From the NCBI GenBank assembly GCA_963783575.1, contig CAWAOD010000015.1:128001-192000 (forward strand): 64,000 nt of DNA, given 5' to 3'. This document shows positions 40,870 to 52,602 of the stretch, piece by piece. Source of the stretch: an uncultured Spirochaetota bacterium (GTDB lineage: Bacteria > Spirochaetota > Brevinematia > Brevinematales > JAOACQ01). The position numbers and the translations under genes are program-made. The notes beneath the pieces were generated by a model. That model did no database searches and was not told where the DNA came from. It saw nothing but the letters and a program-made list of their open reading frames with translations. Within the stretch, counting starts at the first letter, position 1; the number at the start of each line of letters is the position of its first letter.

Positions 40870-41805
40870 TTATTCTTCACCGGTTTTACCCAGGCCGAGA
40901 AAACGGATTTGTAATATACTAACGGCAAATATGAGCAGGAAAGCTACCCATCCTGCCGCCGATCCCCAAGCCAGGTTAAAATTATAGGTTAAAGATGAAC
41001 TGACTATATAAACCATCATTGACAGAGTATGTTTTGAATAGAGGCCGAGCACTACAACCAGGTCGAACAGCATTAAAAAGCTGATCGCTGAAATTACGAT
41101 GATAAAAGTGAACGCAGGACGCATTAAGGGAATTGTTATTTTAAAAAAAATCTGTCTGGGTGAAGCTCCGTCCATTCTTGCCGCTTCGTATAGCGATTGA
41201 TCGATTGTCTGAAGACTGGCCAGAAAATAAACGGATTGAAACCCGATCCACTGCCAGAATGTAATAATAACAATCATTGGGAAATGGAGTTCTTTGTTTC
41301 TAAACCATAGAAATTGATGCGGCAGGTGTAATAATTTCAGGAACCAGTTTACCATCCCCGGGTCTCCACCAAAAAGAGATCCGAAAAGCACGCCCGCTAC
41401 TACGGAAGCAATCAAATATGGTATAAAGAAAGCTGCTCTAAGCCACATCCTCCATCTTTTAAAAGGAATATTGTTTAAAATGTTTGCTAAAATAAATGCT
41501 ATGGGAATCTGTGTTATAATGCAGATTGCAGCATACTTAAAAGTTATGTATACAGTATACCAAAATTCCTTATTTGTTAAAACCCCCACAAAGTTTGTTA
41601 AGCCGATAAATTTTGCCGGGTTAACCCCATAAGCATCCGTGAGGCTGATCAGGAAATTGTTGATAAAAACCCAGACAATGAAAACGATCATCAATATAAA
41701 AAAAGGAGCCATAAAAGCGTAACCGATTATCAAATCTTCTCTTTTTGTCTTTGGAATGATAAGGAATGAACTTTTGATTTTTGTTATCAAGTTTTGGCCA
41801 GCCAT
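40870..41805 (-). CDS. Carbohydrate ABC transporter permease (MalF-type)
   Basis: GYAFMAP, FIGLTNF, LYEAARMDGA EAA loop. Confidence 0.92.
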   Translation of the reverse strand: MAGQNLITKIKSSFLIIPKTKREDLIIGYAFMAPFFILMIVFIVWVFINNFLISLTDAYGVNPAKFIGLTNFVGVLTNKEFWYTVYITFKYAAICIITQIPIAFILANILNNIPFKRWRMWLRAAFFIPYLIASVVAGVLFGSLFGGDPGMVNWFLKLLHLPHQFLWFRNKELHFPMIVIITFWQWIGFQSVYFLASLQTIDQSLYEAARMDGASPRQIFFKITIPLMRPAFTFIIVISAISFLMLFDLVVVLGLYSKHTLSMMVYIVSSSLTYNFNLAWGSAAGWVAFLLIFAVSILQIRFLGLGKTGEE

Positions 41806-42352
41806 TTATTTTCTCCTTCTCTTTAAATTTCAGACTAATATCTTTTCAATATTTGAATAAGATTGCAGATATTTTAATGTGCATAATATTTAGGATCAAT
41901 AGTCCAATAAGCTCATTTTTTAAAATATTAGGGATAGGAATAACAGACTACTATAACCTTCAAGAAATAACATATTAATAAATAATTTTCCTGATAATAA
42001 AGCTATTGTTCAAACTGATACTTCCTCACAGATTTACCGCGGGATAGTTTTTTAACCAAATTTTTAATATTAATCAGACAAAATTATGATATTTTATAAT
42101 GTATTATAACAGAAATCAATAAATTATAATAATTTATTATATTATAAATAATTTATCAAATAAAATTATTTTATGGTTAATTAATAAAATATTATTTTGA
42201 ATTTTATTTGGAAAAACATTGATATTTGTTTTATTGAAGAAATCTTAATTTATGTAAGATTTATAAAGGCTGAATCCCTTGCAAAATGTTTTCAATATAT
42301 ATAAAATATTTACAGTAATGTTGTTATATTTCAAAAGAAAGGAGGAAATATT

Positions 42353-43858
42353 ATGATTAACTTAAATGATCTTGAATTATGGTTTATAACCGGAAGCCAG
42401 CATCTTTACGGAGAGGAAACATTGAAGCAAGTTGCAGAACATTCAAAGAAAATTGTAGATGGATTGTCTAAGTCAAAGGCTATTCCCATTAAAATAATAT
42501 ATAAACCCATATTAACAACACCTTCGGCGATCACTGAATTATGCCTTCAGGTAAATAGTGAAAAAAATTGCGCGGGAATTATTATCTGGATGCATACCTT
42601 TTCCCCGGCAAAAATGTGGATAGCTGGCCTGAATGTTCTTAATAAGCCTTTTTTACATCTTCATACGCAGTTTAACAGAGATATTCCCTGGTCTGAAATT
42701 GATATGGATTTTATGAATCTCAACCAGTCTGCCCATGGCGACCGGGAATTCGGATTCATATGTTCACGGATGCGGTTAAACAGGAAAGTGATTGTGGGAT
42801 TCTGGCAGAATGCGGATGTACTGGAAAAACTGGGAATCTGGGCCCGTGCGGCCGCAGCATGGCATGATATGCAGGGAATGAAGGTTGCCCGGTTCGGAGA
42901 CAATATGCGGGAAGTCGCGGTTACCGAAGGCGACAAGGTTGAAGCCCAGATAAGGCTTGGTATATCGGTAAACGGTTATGGAGTCGGCGAACTTGTAAAA
43001 TATATAAATAAGGTGAGCGATACCAATATAAATGAAATATTAAAGGAGTATGACGGAAAGTATAAAGTAGACAGGCCTCTGCAGGCAGGCGGTGAAAAAA
43101 GAAAATCACTGATTGAAGCGGCAAGGATTGAACTGGGAATGAAAAACTTTCTTGAAGACGGCAATTTTAAAGCATTTACAACAACATTCGAGGACCTATA
43201 CGGACTTGCCCAGCTTCCCGGCCTGGCTGTACAGAGGCTGATGGCACAGGGCTACGGATTCGGCGCAGAAGGAGACTGGAAGACATCCGCCCTCATCAGG
43301 GCTATGAAAGTAATGGGAGCTGGTCTTGAAGGCGGTACTTCTTTTATGGAGGATTATACATATCATTTTAATGAAAAAGGAATGAAAGTTCTAGGGGCGC
43401 ATATGCTTGAGGTTTGCTCATCAATAGCCGAAGGCATGCCTTCCCTCGAAATTCACCCGCTTTCCATCGGCGGAAAGGACGATCCGGCCAGGCTCGTATT
43501 TAATGTTCCGAAAGGCCCTGCTTTAAACGCTTCCCTGATAGATCTAGGCAACAGGTTTCGTATGATCGTAAATAAGGTTGAGGTTGTTGAACCGGATGCC
43601 CCCCTTATGAAACTCCCTGTTGCCCGGGCGGTCTGGGTTCCCGAACCGGATTTGAAAACAGCCGCTCACTCATGGATACTTGCGGGCGGGGCGCATCACA
43701 CAGGATTCAGCCAGGCTGTTAAAGCGGAGCACCTTGAAGATTTTACAGAAATGGCAGGATTGGAATTATTATTGATTGATAAAAATATAAAAATATCAGA
43801 TCTTAAAAAGGAATTGAGATGGAATGAAGTATATTACCATCTTGCCCGGGGAATTTAA
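42353..43858 (+). CDS. araA: L-arabinose isomerase
   Basis: [49 protein letters not shown]. Confidence 0.98.
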   Translation: MINLNDLELWFITGSQHLYGEETLKQVAEHSKKIVDGLSKSKAIPIKIIYKPILTTPSAITELCLQVNSEKNCAGIIIWMHTFSPAKMWIAGLNVLNKPFLHLHTQFNRDIPWSEIDMDFMNLNQSAHGDREFGFICSRMRLNRKVIVGFWQNADVLEKLGIWARAAAAWHDMQGMKVARFGDNMREVAVTEGDKVEAQIRLGISVNGYGVGELVKYINKVSDTNINEILKEYDGKYKVDRPLQAGGEKRKSLIEAARIELGMKNFLEDGNFKAFTTTFEDLYGLAQLPGLAVQRLMAQGYGFGAEGDWKTSALIRAMKVMGAGLEGGTSFMEDYTYHFNEKGMKVLGAHMLEVCSSIAEGMPSLEIHPLSIGGKDDPARLVFNVPKGPALNASLIDLGNRFRMIVNKVEVVEPDAPLMKLPVARAVWVPEPDLKTAAHSWILAGGAHHTGFSQAVKAEHLEDFTEMAGLELLLIDKNIKISDLKKELRWNEVYYHLARGI

Positions 43859-43869
43859 CCCTTCGACAG

Positions 43870-45560
43870 CAGACTGTGTGAAAACTCAGTAAAATTTTAT
43901 AGTAAAATCGATTAATTATACAAAAACTCCATTTTTTGATATATTTTTCAAGCTAAAAAAATCTTAGTTTAAAAAATCTATCCGAATACGATAAACGATG
44001 GTTTATTAGCATCAAACCAGAGTCATAAGTCTCTTTATTCCCAATATATTCAATACTTTTATTAAATTATGAATGAATCCTGCCAAACTGGATTCCGTCA
44101 GAACGCCATCCTTTCCCTTCATTAAAAAATAACTGTAACCCATATTCCTTTTTATCGATCCAAATGGATGTTCACATATCTCTTTCCTTTTCTCTATGAT
44201 CTTTTTCCCGGCTTCAGAACGAATTTTCCTCTTGAAGTTCTCAATTTCTTCTTTTCTAACTGGTACTTTGATACTTCGTCCTTCCACGCTTTCAGTACAC
44301 TTATTTCTTACTTCACATTGGCTGCATAAGCCGCACTTGTACCTGACTATCTCTTTTCCTCCATTGACCTTCTCTACTTTTTTCCCATTTCTCACTAATG
44401 GGTTTCCCTCCGGACAATAATAAACATTTTGTCCCGGATCATATTTGAATTTATCAACCTGGTATTCTTCAGCAGGTACTCCTTTATTATCTTCTTTGCC
44501 TCGAATCCTTGCCTTATGTCCGTCATCCGGATTCGGCATATATACGTTATGTCCCTTATCTATACATTCCAGTATCTGCGGTTCGCTGTAATAACCGGCA
44601 TCCGATACTTTGACCGTTTCAGTCTCTACCTTAAGCTCGTCCTTTATTTCTTCTACTCGGTCACACATTCCTGCCATCTGTTTGATATCATTGTTTTCAT
44701 TCGTCACATCAATCACCACAATCAGTTTATTCGCATCATCTACTGCCATCTGCAGATTATATGCAATGTCGGATTTCCCTTTATCATTCATAAACCGGCT
44801 TTCCGGGTCATTTGAATAATATTTCTCCATTTCAGGATTTCCCTCAAAAATCTTTTTAATAGCCTCAACTTTATCCTTTTTTGTTTTCATTTTCTTTAAA
44901 CGTTCCGCTATCTTTCCGGAAAGAAATTCAAATTCATTCTTTTCTTCCTTATCGTTCTTATCCATCTCGTTCAAATATTCTTCGATCTTTTGATCTATTC
45001 TATGTATGATTTCTTCTATGTTTTTCCTATGATAAACATTGTTATTGTGGTTTTGCGCACTGATCTTGGTTCCATCAATTCCAACAACGTCAAATGATAA
45101 AAGCCCGGCTTTATGACATATCTTCAAAAATTCTCTGAATATCGACTGTATTCCCTTCTTATTATCTTTCCTGAAGTCGGCAATCGTCTTGAAATCCGGC
45201 GCTAGTCGTCCAGTCAGCCACATCAACTCTGTGTTTCTTCGGCACTCTCTCTCTAATTTCCTGCTTGTCCTGATTTTATTCAAATATCCGTAAATATAGA
45301 TTTTTAAAAGTATTTCGGATTTATATGAACTTCTGCCGGTTGATGCTTCTTTTACTTTAAAACCAACTCCTTTCATATTTAGCTTATCAACAAAAATATC
45401 TATAAACCTTACCGGATCTTCTTCTCCTAACAGATCTTCCAGTGTTTCATTGAACAGAACTATCTGATCCCTTGATTCTCCCTCAATATGCTTCATCTTT
45501 TACTCCGATTATTTTTGTTCTAATAATTATAGCATATTTACTGTGTTTTCACACAGTCTG
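43870..45560 (-). mobile_element. IS1182-family insertion sequence, 1691 bp, intact
   Basis: Terminal inverted repeats CAGACTGTGTGAAAAC (16 bp perfect, 23/24 when extended) at 43870-85 and 45545-60; CAG duplicated on both flanks (43867-69, 45561-63). Confidence 0.92.
44012..45496 (-). CDS. IS1182-family DDE transposase
   Basis: IYGYLN..TSRKLE, PDFKTIADFRK, IDGTK, DAGY, Cys-rich insert, EHPFGSIK. Confidence 0.95.
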   Translation of the reverse strand: MKHIEGESRDQIVLFNETLEDLLGEEDPVRFIDIFVDKLNMKGVGFKVKEASTGRSSYKSEILLKIYIYGYLNKIRTSRKLERECRRNTELMWLTGRLAPDFKTIADFRKDNKKGIQSIFREFLKICHKAGLLSFDVVGIDGTKISAQNHNNNVYHRKNIEEIIHRIDQKIEEYLNEMDKNDKEEKNEFEFLSGKIAERLKKMKTKKDKVEAIKKIFEGNPEMEKYYSNDPESRFMNDKGKSDIAYNLQMAVDDANKLIVVIDVTNENNDIKQMAGMCDRVEEIKDELKVETETVKVSDAGYYSEPQILECIDKGHNVYMPNPDDGHKARIRGKEDNKGVPAEEYQVDKFKYDPGQNVYYCPEGNPLVRNGKKVEKVNGGKEIVRYKCGLCSQCEVRNKCTESVEGRSIKVPVRKEEIENFKRKIRSEAGKKIIEKRKEICEHPFGSIKRNMGYSYFLMKGKDGVLTESSLAGFIHNLIKVLNILGIKRLMTLV

Positions 45561-45578
45561 CAGGCTCAGGGCAGGCTC

Positions 45579-45626
45579 TTCGACCTGTCTGCCGTCTACC
45601 TGCCGGAGATTCCGGCGTAGGCAGGC
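45579..45626. repeat. 48-bp dispersed GC-rich palindromic repeat, copy 2
   Basis: 47 of 48 bases identical to 32545-32592. Confidence 0.85.
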
Positions 45627-45699
45627 CAGGCAGGCAAGTTTGACGCTGAGCTGGATTACATGATCCTGCGAAAGTTAGGATACTACTTTGGAGGTTGGT

Positions 45700-47303
45700 A
45701 TGTTTGCTCAGAATTTTTTAAGAATTCTTATTTTTTTATCTGTTTTGTTTTCTATTTTTAATTTCTCAATGGCAGCGGAGGATAAACAAACGCTTGCCGT
45801 GATCGGTTTTATAAATCTTGGCAATAAGCCTGACAATGATATAAACTTGTCATCAGCAAGTCCATGAATATTTTTCTATCAAAATTGCCAGGTGTGGAGA
45901 TTAAGGAATTTAATGAGGTTGAAAAATTAGCCGGGCAAAACAATTTCTGGGAATCAAAAAAGCTTGATATCAATACAGCGCTTGACATGGGACTTATGAT
46001 GAAAGCCAAGCATATTATAACGGGGGATTATAAGGTCAATAAAGAAAAGGATACCATCCTGATCAATGTTTATGTATATGATGTAACCACCGGGGATCTT
46101 ATACTGAAAAGACAATACGAAGACAGGGCCGGTGCAGATATTTTCGACACAATCGATAAAATAATAAAAAATATAAGTTCCCTGATTATTGGGAGAACAA
46201 TAACAGAAGGGAAGCTGAAGGTTGATGTTGAGGCCGAAAATAAGGTTTATAAGCTCTTTATTAACGGGAATTATCAGAAAGATATCAATAAAGGCGAAGG
46301 TTATATGGAGAATATCGTTGCTGAAGTACCCAATGAAATATCATTGAGAATTCCGGGACAGGGAATTGAGAAGGAAGTTTACCGAAATTTTATAACAGTT
46401 AAGGAAGGTGAGGTTTATTCCCTGGATTATTTTCCTTCGGGTTCCGTTACAATTAAAACAAAACCTTTTTCTGAAATATTTATTAATAATGTATCTTTTG
46501 GAAAAGCCGGAACTAACGGTGAGCTTAACCTCTAGAATATCAGGGCCGAAGTTTCGAACCTGATCAGAATCGAAAATAACGGGAAAGTTCTTGATACAAG
46601 AATGATAAATATTGAAGAGGGTAAAAATTATGAGATTGTGTTCAATGCTGATAAAGAGCCCGTCACAAATGTTATAACAATCAATAATGAAACGGCTTTT
46701 TTGATTAAAAACATTGTTAAAACTAATTTGACATTGATCAATGATTTTGAAGACGGAAAGAGCATTACACCTTTCGGGGGAAACTGGTTTTGTGCCAATG
46801 ATGCCGCAAACGGCGGCAATTCGGTTGCTATGCCCGATCCTTTTGAAATCGTTACAAATGACAATGGAGCGCATGGCTCTTCAAATTATGTCAGGTTAAC
46901 CGGGAAAGTAACAACCAAATTTCAATACGGTTTTATCCTGATTTCCTTCAATTTGATTGATGAAAACACTACAATGGACCTTAGAAAATACAGCGGAATT
47001 AAGTTTTCATACCGCGGAGACGGTAAGAGCTATACGGTTCAAATAAAAGCGAAGAATAACACCGATTATAATTATTATACTTATACAATCACACCGACAG
47101 ATAAATGGCAGGATATTGCAATCCCTTTTACTTCTTTCAAACAACAGGCATGGGGCCAGAAAAAATCTCTTGAAGATTCGCTGAAAGCGGCATTCGGATT
47201 TCAGTGGGAGACCATTGGACAACCAATTTCTTCGGTAAAGCTTGAGCTGGATGATTTAAATTTTTATTCTTCCGGGGATGAAGCGTTTCGCAGAAGAAGA
47301 TAA
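45700..47303 (+). pseudogene. Interrupted secreted protein: TolB_N/FlgO-like, PEGA-like and CIA30/CBM11-like domains
   Basis: GGAGG-ATG 45700 encodes a signal peptide and LAVIGFIN; frameshift near 45846; in-frame TAG at 46533-35; ORFs 45864 and 46602 share one frame; architecture parallels 21106-22692. May be intact in vivo. Confidence 0.65.
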
Positions 47304-47541
47304 ACCATCCATATTATAATATAACAGCTAGAAAAGAATTGCCTGTGCTGAGTAAACCTGAAATCTGCCATAGAATTCCTTGAAGAAGTTTATTCATGGC
47401 TCGTATCAGCATTTTATTAAAATTTGAATTTCCTTTCAAGCACTAATTAATATAATAATTGATACATCAATATTGATATAAAATTCATTTTTTATACTAA
47501 TTGTTGTTGTATAGTACTGCTGATTCAAGGACTATTATAAC

Positions 47542-47557
47542 TGGTATGGTTATTGCA
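47542..47557 (+). promoter_or_regulatory. Sigma54 (-24/-12) promoter
   Basis: TGGTATGGTTATTGCA = GG-N10-GC, about 40 bp upstream of ATG 47598. Confidence 0.6.
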
Positions 47558-47597
47558 ATATTATTTAGAACAAATTTATTTATGAATAGGAGACGTT

Positions 47598-48251
47598 ATG
47601 TTAAAAATTTACTTATTATCGGCAATTTTTTTCAATACAATTTGTTATGGCGGAACATTTACTTATATGGGCAGTATAAAAGATATGGTCTATACAAATG
47701 AGATAACTGTCAGCAGTACTTCCGACGGTTATTTAATTAAAACTAAATCCGTGAGTAATGCAGTTATGGAAATTGAAACAGATCATGGATTTGCTCAAAC
47801 GGCATGGATTCTGCATGATGGTGTAAACAATATCGAAATTACCGCAAAAAGAACGGGAAATATTATAGCTATAAGCGGTATTTTCAAAGGTAAACAATAT
47901 AATAAAGAAGTTAAAATAGATAAAAGCCCATGGTACGAAGCATGGGGTAACGGTTTAACGGCATTTGCGATATCAAAGGAAAAGACTGAGGATTTCTGGT
48001 CGATCAATCCTTCGGATATAAATATGACGGCAAAGTTTAAAGCAAATAAGATTGGTGCAGAAAAAATTAATGTAAACGGTTCACAAATAGAAGCAGTTCA
48101 TATTAAAGTATCCCTGACAGGATTGCTGGAATCATTTTTCAGTTGTGATTATTGGTTCAGGGCTTCTGACGGCAGGGAGGTCCTGAGTAAAATTCCCGGA
48201 GGACCGGGTAAATCTCCTGTAATAACTGAATTGATTGGAGAGGAATTATGA
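47598..48251 (+). CDS. Hypothetical exported beta-rich protein
   Basis: AGGAG RBS, signal peptide, beta-strand-like pattern. Confidence 0.7.
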   Translation: MLKIYLLSAIFFNTICYGGTFTYMGSIKDMVYTNEITVSSTSDGYLIKTKSVSNAVMEIETDHGFAQTAWILHDGVNNIEITAKRTGNIIAISGIFKGKQYNKEVKIDKSPWYEAWGNGLTAFAISKEKTEDFWSINPSDINMTAKFKANKIGAEKINVNGSQIEAVHIKVSLTGLLESFFSCDYWFRASDGREVLSKIPGGPGKSPVITELIGEEL

Positions 48252-48495
48252 AAATCGACTCAATCCGGCAAAACAAAATGATTTTACTGAAAATTTACAC
48301 GGTATTTATTAAATTCTGTCATATTCAGGTATCCGTCTGGTTTCCCTTGGGATCTTATTTTTTGATGCGCATATTTTATCTTTGGATTTTTCCTCTAGCC
48401 GTATTAATTTGTAATAAGCAAATGAGAATAATGAACTGACAGTCATTTTGAAAAATTTATCGATACGAATACCATAAATAGCATGCTTAATTCGA

Positions 48496-49336
48496 TTATT
48501 TTTTAACCCAGGTTGATATAGGAATCCAATTCTCATTGTCTAAAGCTGGAGCGCCTTTCTTCCATAAACCTGAAAGTCCAAGTTCTATCGCCGCAAGATT
48601 AAAGTTCGCCATTGCGATTCCAATATCCAGGTTTTGAATTTTAATGCCTTTAAATGCGCTGTTGTAATTCTTATCTTCATCCATGTAAAATCGATATTCA
48701 TAATCGGAACATATGATACGCCATGGCTGCTTATTCGAAGCGGAAGGTCCTGACCGGACAGCCTGAAGAATTTTGTAAAAAATATCATTGGGATTTTCCG
48801 GGTATTGTCCGGCATCATTATCCGAGAAAAACAAACTGCCGAAGGGTTTCCTGTTTTTCGCTCCTATGATAATGCGGACTGCACTTTCCAAGAGTCTTGG
48901 ATTATCAGCCTCATAGCCGAGCGGCGTTACCGCCGGGATAACTTCCCCTGGTCGAATTCCAGATTTATCGGCGAATACGTTCCGGTTTAAATTACCCCCG
49001 AGCCAGCATGTTCCCAATCCGAGACTCCGTCGCTTTAAGAATAACAGTTTGCATGCAGTAGCCAAAATCTTCCATTGCATAATCTCCCGGGTTAACCGAA
49101 CCGGTAAGGTAGATATTAGCTCCCCGGATAATTCCATACGTACCCAAAGACTTAATGTCCTCAAGATCATCTTCCTTTATTTCAATAATGGAAAAACTGA
49201 TTTTATTCCCAAAAGGACCGGTATTATTTTTCCGTGTAAAATCAGCCACTTCTTTTATTATGCCCTCTTCAACTTTCTTTTCACTGTAAGTCCTCACGGA
49301 ATGCCTTTTTTCAATTACTTCGAGCATAGTTCCCAT
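48496..49336 (-). CDS. Nitroreductase family protein, frameshift near 49024
   Basis: RHSVRTY start; removing one base restores KATELGLGTCWLGG; PSASNKQPW and DIGIAMANF. Confidence 0.85.
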
Positions 49337-49375
49337 AAATTTCTCCTGATTATAATTTTATACTTCAGAGGCGGA

Positions 49376-50410
49376 TTAATTTGTCGTCTTATTTCCCCAG
49401 GGATTAAAATCCTCCCAGCCATCCGCCGGCGGATTTATACCTTTCCGGTATGATTCGATTAAAATATCTTCACATTTTTGCTTTTCAATGGAAAGGATTT
49501 TCTTATTTTCCTCCATCCACACAATCTGTCTTTTAAAAGTTTCCACAAGGGGTACTGTTGTTTTAAATCCAAGATCATTTTTTGCTTTTGAGTTATCAAA
49601 AATCGAATCGTATTGGTAGATATATTTCACTCCGACGCTCCTTCGCGGAGCTACTTTATAAAGCCAGTCCGTAGGGATGTGAATGATTTCAGGAATCGCA
49701 CCTGCGGCTTTTCCCAGGGCTTCGTAAACCTCATCCCAGGTGGTATGCTCATCGCTTGTCAGATGATATGCCTGTCCGAATGCTTTCGGGTTAAGGAGGA
49801 CATTGACGAATCCAGCTGCGACATCGTTAACATGGCATATCGCCCATTTTGTCCGCCCGGAATCATGCACAATCACAGGCAGGCCTTTACGGATGCGTTC
49901 GACAAGGCTATCGTCAAAAAGGATTCCACTAGCTGTCACACCTTCACCGGTTGTAAACGACGGGCGAAGAACTGTTGTATAAAGGCCGTCTTTGCCGTTC
50001 TCATTTAGCAGAATGGATTCAATCTGTGATTTGTTTCTTCCATAATCCGAAACAAAGCGGTGAGGTTCGTCATCATCGGCAGGAAGCTTTGTCAGCGGGC
50101 CGCCATACACGCATACCGTGGAACATACAACAATCTGTTTAACCCTTCCCTTGAAAGCCCGCAGAACAGACCTTGCGTTTTCCGGATCGTATGCGACCAT
50201 ATCTATCACAGCGTCAAAACTGTGATCCTTCATCCGGTTTTCAAATTCCTTATAATTCCACCTGTCGCCAATTATTGTTTTAACTTTGGAAGAAATTCTT
50301 TTTTCCGTAACACCGCGGTTGAAAACAGTAACATCATCACCGCGAATTGCAAGCCGGTTAACGATTGCTGTGGAAATGAGCCCTGTGCCGCCGATAATCA
50401 ATATCTTCAT
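49376..50410 (-). CDS. NAD-dependent epimerase/dehydratase family protein
   Basis: GGTGLIS, FNRG, YGRNK (YxxxK), LRP. Confidence 0.88.
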   Translation of the reverse strand: MKILIIGGTGLISTAIVNRLAIRGDDVTVFNRGVTEKRISSKVKTIIGDRWNYKEFENRMKDHSFDAVIDMVAYDPENARSVLRAFKGRVKQIVVCSTVCVYGGPLTKLPADDDEPHRFVSDYGRNKSQIESILLNENGKDGLYTTVLRPSFTTGEGVTASGILFDDSLVERIRKGLPVIVHDSGRTKWAICHVNDVAAGFVNVLLNPKAFGQAYHLTSDEHTTWDEVYEALGKAAGAIPEIIHIPTDWLYKVAPRRSVGVKYIYQYDSIFDNSKAKNDLGFKTTVPLVETFKRQIVWMEENKKILSIEKQKCEDILIESYRKGINPPADGWEDFNPWGNKTTN

Positions 50411-50538
50411 GAATTTTCTCCTGAATCAGACAGATTTCTTTAATAATATTTTATTCGATAGGCCGGCATATTGCAAATAAAAGATGTCAAAGTATTGAGG
50501 TCAAAGGAATGATCTCATTGTCTTCAATCCCGTATACT

Positions 50539-52326
50539 TTAAGGGAACGGTCTTTGCACCAGTATCTTCGGAATGCCGAGGTCGTGGGGTTTTATTATCC
50601 TAAAGCTGGAAACCGAACCGATTCCCGAAGAAACCACATTGTATCCGATGTAAAAAGGGCCGTAATTGCCGGTACTGTTGGTAGCCATCCAGACGTATAG
50701 CACATTACCAAATCCGGAAGGCGGGTCAGTCACCATCGCTGTAAAATTATATGCACCGCCCTGTGAAGGAGCTTCTATCGCTCCGACATTGGAACACGCG
50801 TTATTATTCGAATCCCAGTAATAAAGTGTGGAAGTGGTTTCATTCGAAGCTGAGTATATGAAATTGTAAGAGGCACCAGCCGTTAGATCACCCTGAAGAG
50901 GAAATGACATGGAAAAATCCCCTGAATAAACAGGCTCATATTCATAGGGGTATGGATCCGGTGTAGCCGAATAATCGCTTGTATAAACAAGGAAATCTGC
51001 CAGCACGTTCATAGGAGTCAAACAATTGTCCATCAATATAACTGTAGCATAACCCGGAACTGCCGGAAGCATTTGTACGGCCGCAAGCAAGCCCTTCCTG
51101 GTGAAAAAAGTCCAGTTATTATACCAGGTTCCATATACTGTAATAGCACCGGTTAAGGGCGCCGTTCCAGCCGGAAGATTGATTTGAAGCGAAGCCCCGC
51201 TTGAACCTGTCTGATAAACAGGGGTTACTGTGCCTGAAAAAGTATACCCATCCTCAAAAAAGATGCTTGTCATAGTTGAAAGGCCGTGAAATGTCCAGGG
51301 CGTATTGGTAAAGGCGGAAAGGCTCTCGGGAGTATTGAGAAACTGGTACTGCTGGTTGGTCGGATAACGAGCAAGGATGTAATATTGCGGAGGAACGAAA
51401 AGCCAACCCGAACAGTAAGGACCCGGCGTATATGTGGAATTCTGATAGAGATTACCCCTGTCATATGTAACGTCGATGAAAAGGTAGTTACTGTTTATCT
51501 GGACAACGTTCCAGTAATGCGGCATAAGCGGTGTTGTTGTTACCACTGCGTTCGTACCCAGGCAGTAACCGAAAACATTGCAGGCATTCATGCCAGCAAG
51601 CACGCACATCGTTGAAAAAAGGAATGCCAAACCGTTGCACTCGGTCTTCCTTGTCGTTAATGTTACATACGGCGAGGGATCGAAGTCCTTCTGCGCCAAG
51701 TAGTTGTCCCAATCGTAGTATATATTTGAAACAATCCAGTCATGGATGTACTTCATTCTGAGTACGGGATCCGAAGCCGATGAAACGAGGCAGTTTACTA
51801 GCTGCGGCAGGTAGTCGGCAGGGTCGGTAAATACGCCGCTCTGGATCGATGCTGGTACGGAAGCAAGTACTGACCGGGTATCCATATTTCTTACAGCGTC
51901 AATATTGCAGGAACTCTGGAAATTGCCGGGAAGTATTGACCATTGCGCATACAGCTTTACGTTTTGAGCCCCCATGGAGAATGTGGAACCCACTGTGTAC
52001 GGCTTGCCGCTTCCGTTCGCCGACGTATTCCAACCTGCGAATGAACCCTCTTCGCTGCCTGGAGGAAACAGATCCTCCGGATACTTGACGCTGACTGTCT
52101 GACCTGCTGAGTAGTAATTCGTATCCGTAGGCGCAATTCCGCCGCCCACATTTGCGTTATAAGCTACATAAACAGAGTTGGAAGTGGCTGAATTGGCTTT
52201 ACTTGATCCGCCTGCGCCTCCGTCCCCGCTACTCGAAAGCAGGGGTGCGCATGAGAACAAGGTAAAAAAAGTCAGGCCTGTCACGATAGAACACGAAGGT
52301 ATTACAAACTCTTTCATAAATCCCAC
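50539..52326 (-). CDS. Lipoprotein with InlB B-repeat-like domain and transglutaminase-like core
   Basis: LFSC lipobox, Ser/Gly linker, YNAN...FAGWN...LYAQW, IHDWI, TECNG / HYWN / IDVT triad. Confidence 0.8.
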   Translation of the reverse strand: MGFMKEFVIPSCSIVTGLTFFTLFSCAPLLSSSGDGGAGGSSKANSATSNSVYVAYNANVGGGIAPTDTNYYSAGQTVSVKYPEDLFPPGSEEGSFAGWNTSANGSGKPYTVGSTFSMGAQNVKLYAQWSILPGNFQSSCNIDAVRNMDTRSVLASVPASIQSGVFTDPADYLPQLVNCLVSSASDPVLRMKYIHDWIVSNIYYDWDNYLAQKDFDPSPYVTLTTRKTECNGLAFLFSTMCVLAGMNACNVFGYCLGTNAVVTTTPLMPHYWNVVQINSNYLFIDVTYDRGNLYQNSTYTPGPYCSGWLFVPPQYYILARYPTNQQYQFLNTPESLSAFTNTPWTFHGLSTMTSIFFEDGYTFSGTVTPVYQTGSSGASLQINLPAGTAPLTGAITVYGTWYNNWTFFTRKGLLAAVQMLPAVPGYATVILMDNCLTPMNVLADFLVYTSDYSATPDPYPYEYEPVYSGDFSMSFPLQGDLTAGASYNFIYSASNETTSTLYYWDSNNNACSNVGAIEAPSQGGAYNFTAMVTDPPSGFGNVLYVWMATNSTGNYGPFYIGYNVVSSGIGSVSSFRIIKPHDLGIPKILVQRPFP

Positions 52327-52602
52327 CTTGACAATTTACTGACCTCTCGGACTATAGTCGAAAAATCCTTGGTCAATAATTACATGCATTTTGATACTTT
52401 TATACCGCTATCGATCCCGCTAAATTTATGCCGGGAATACACATTTACCGCCTCCCACACCGGAAAGTTGCCGGACAATTTGAAATTTACCAATAAAAAA
52501 GCCGGATAAGCATAGGAATTATTGACTCCATACCCCAATTTAACCTGGGTTGTACTACTGTTTGTCCAGCAGCGGGCATTATAAAACCGCCGCTTAAAAA
52601 AA

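Noticed and set aside
48248..48439. 63-aa ORF overlapping the stop of 47598-48251
   Set aside because: It has a plausible RBS but no recognisable motif; it cannot be supported as a gene
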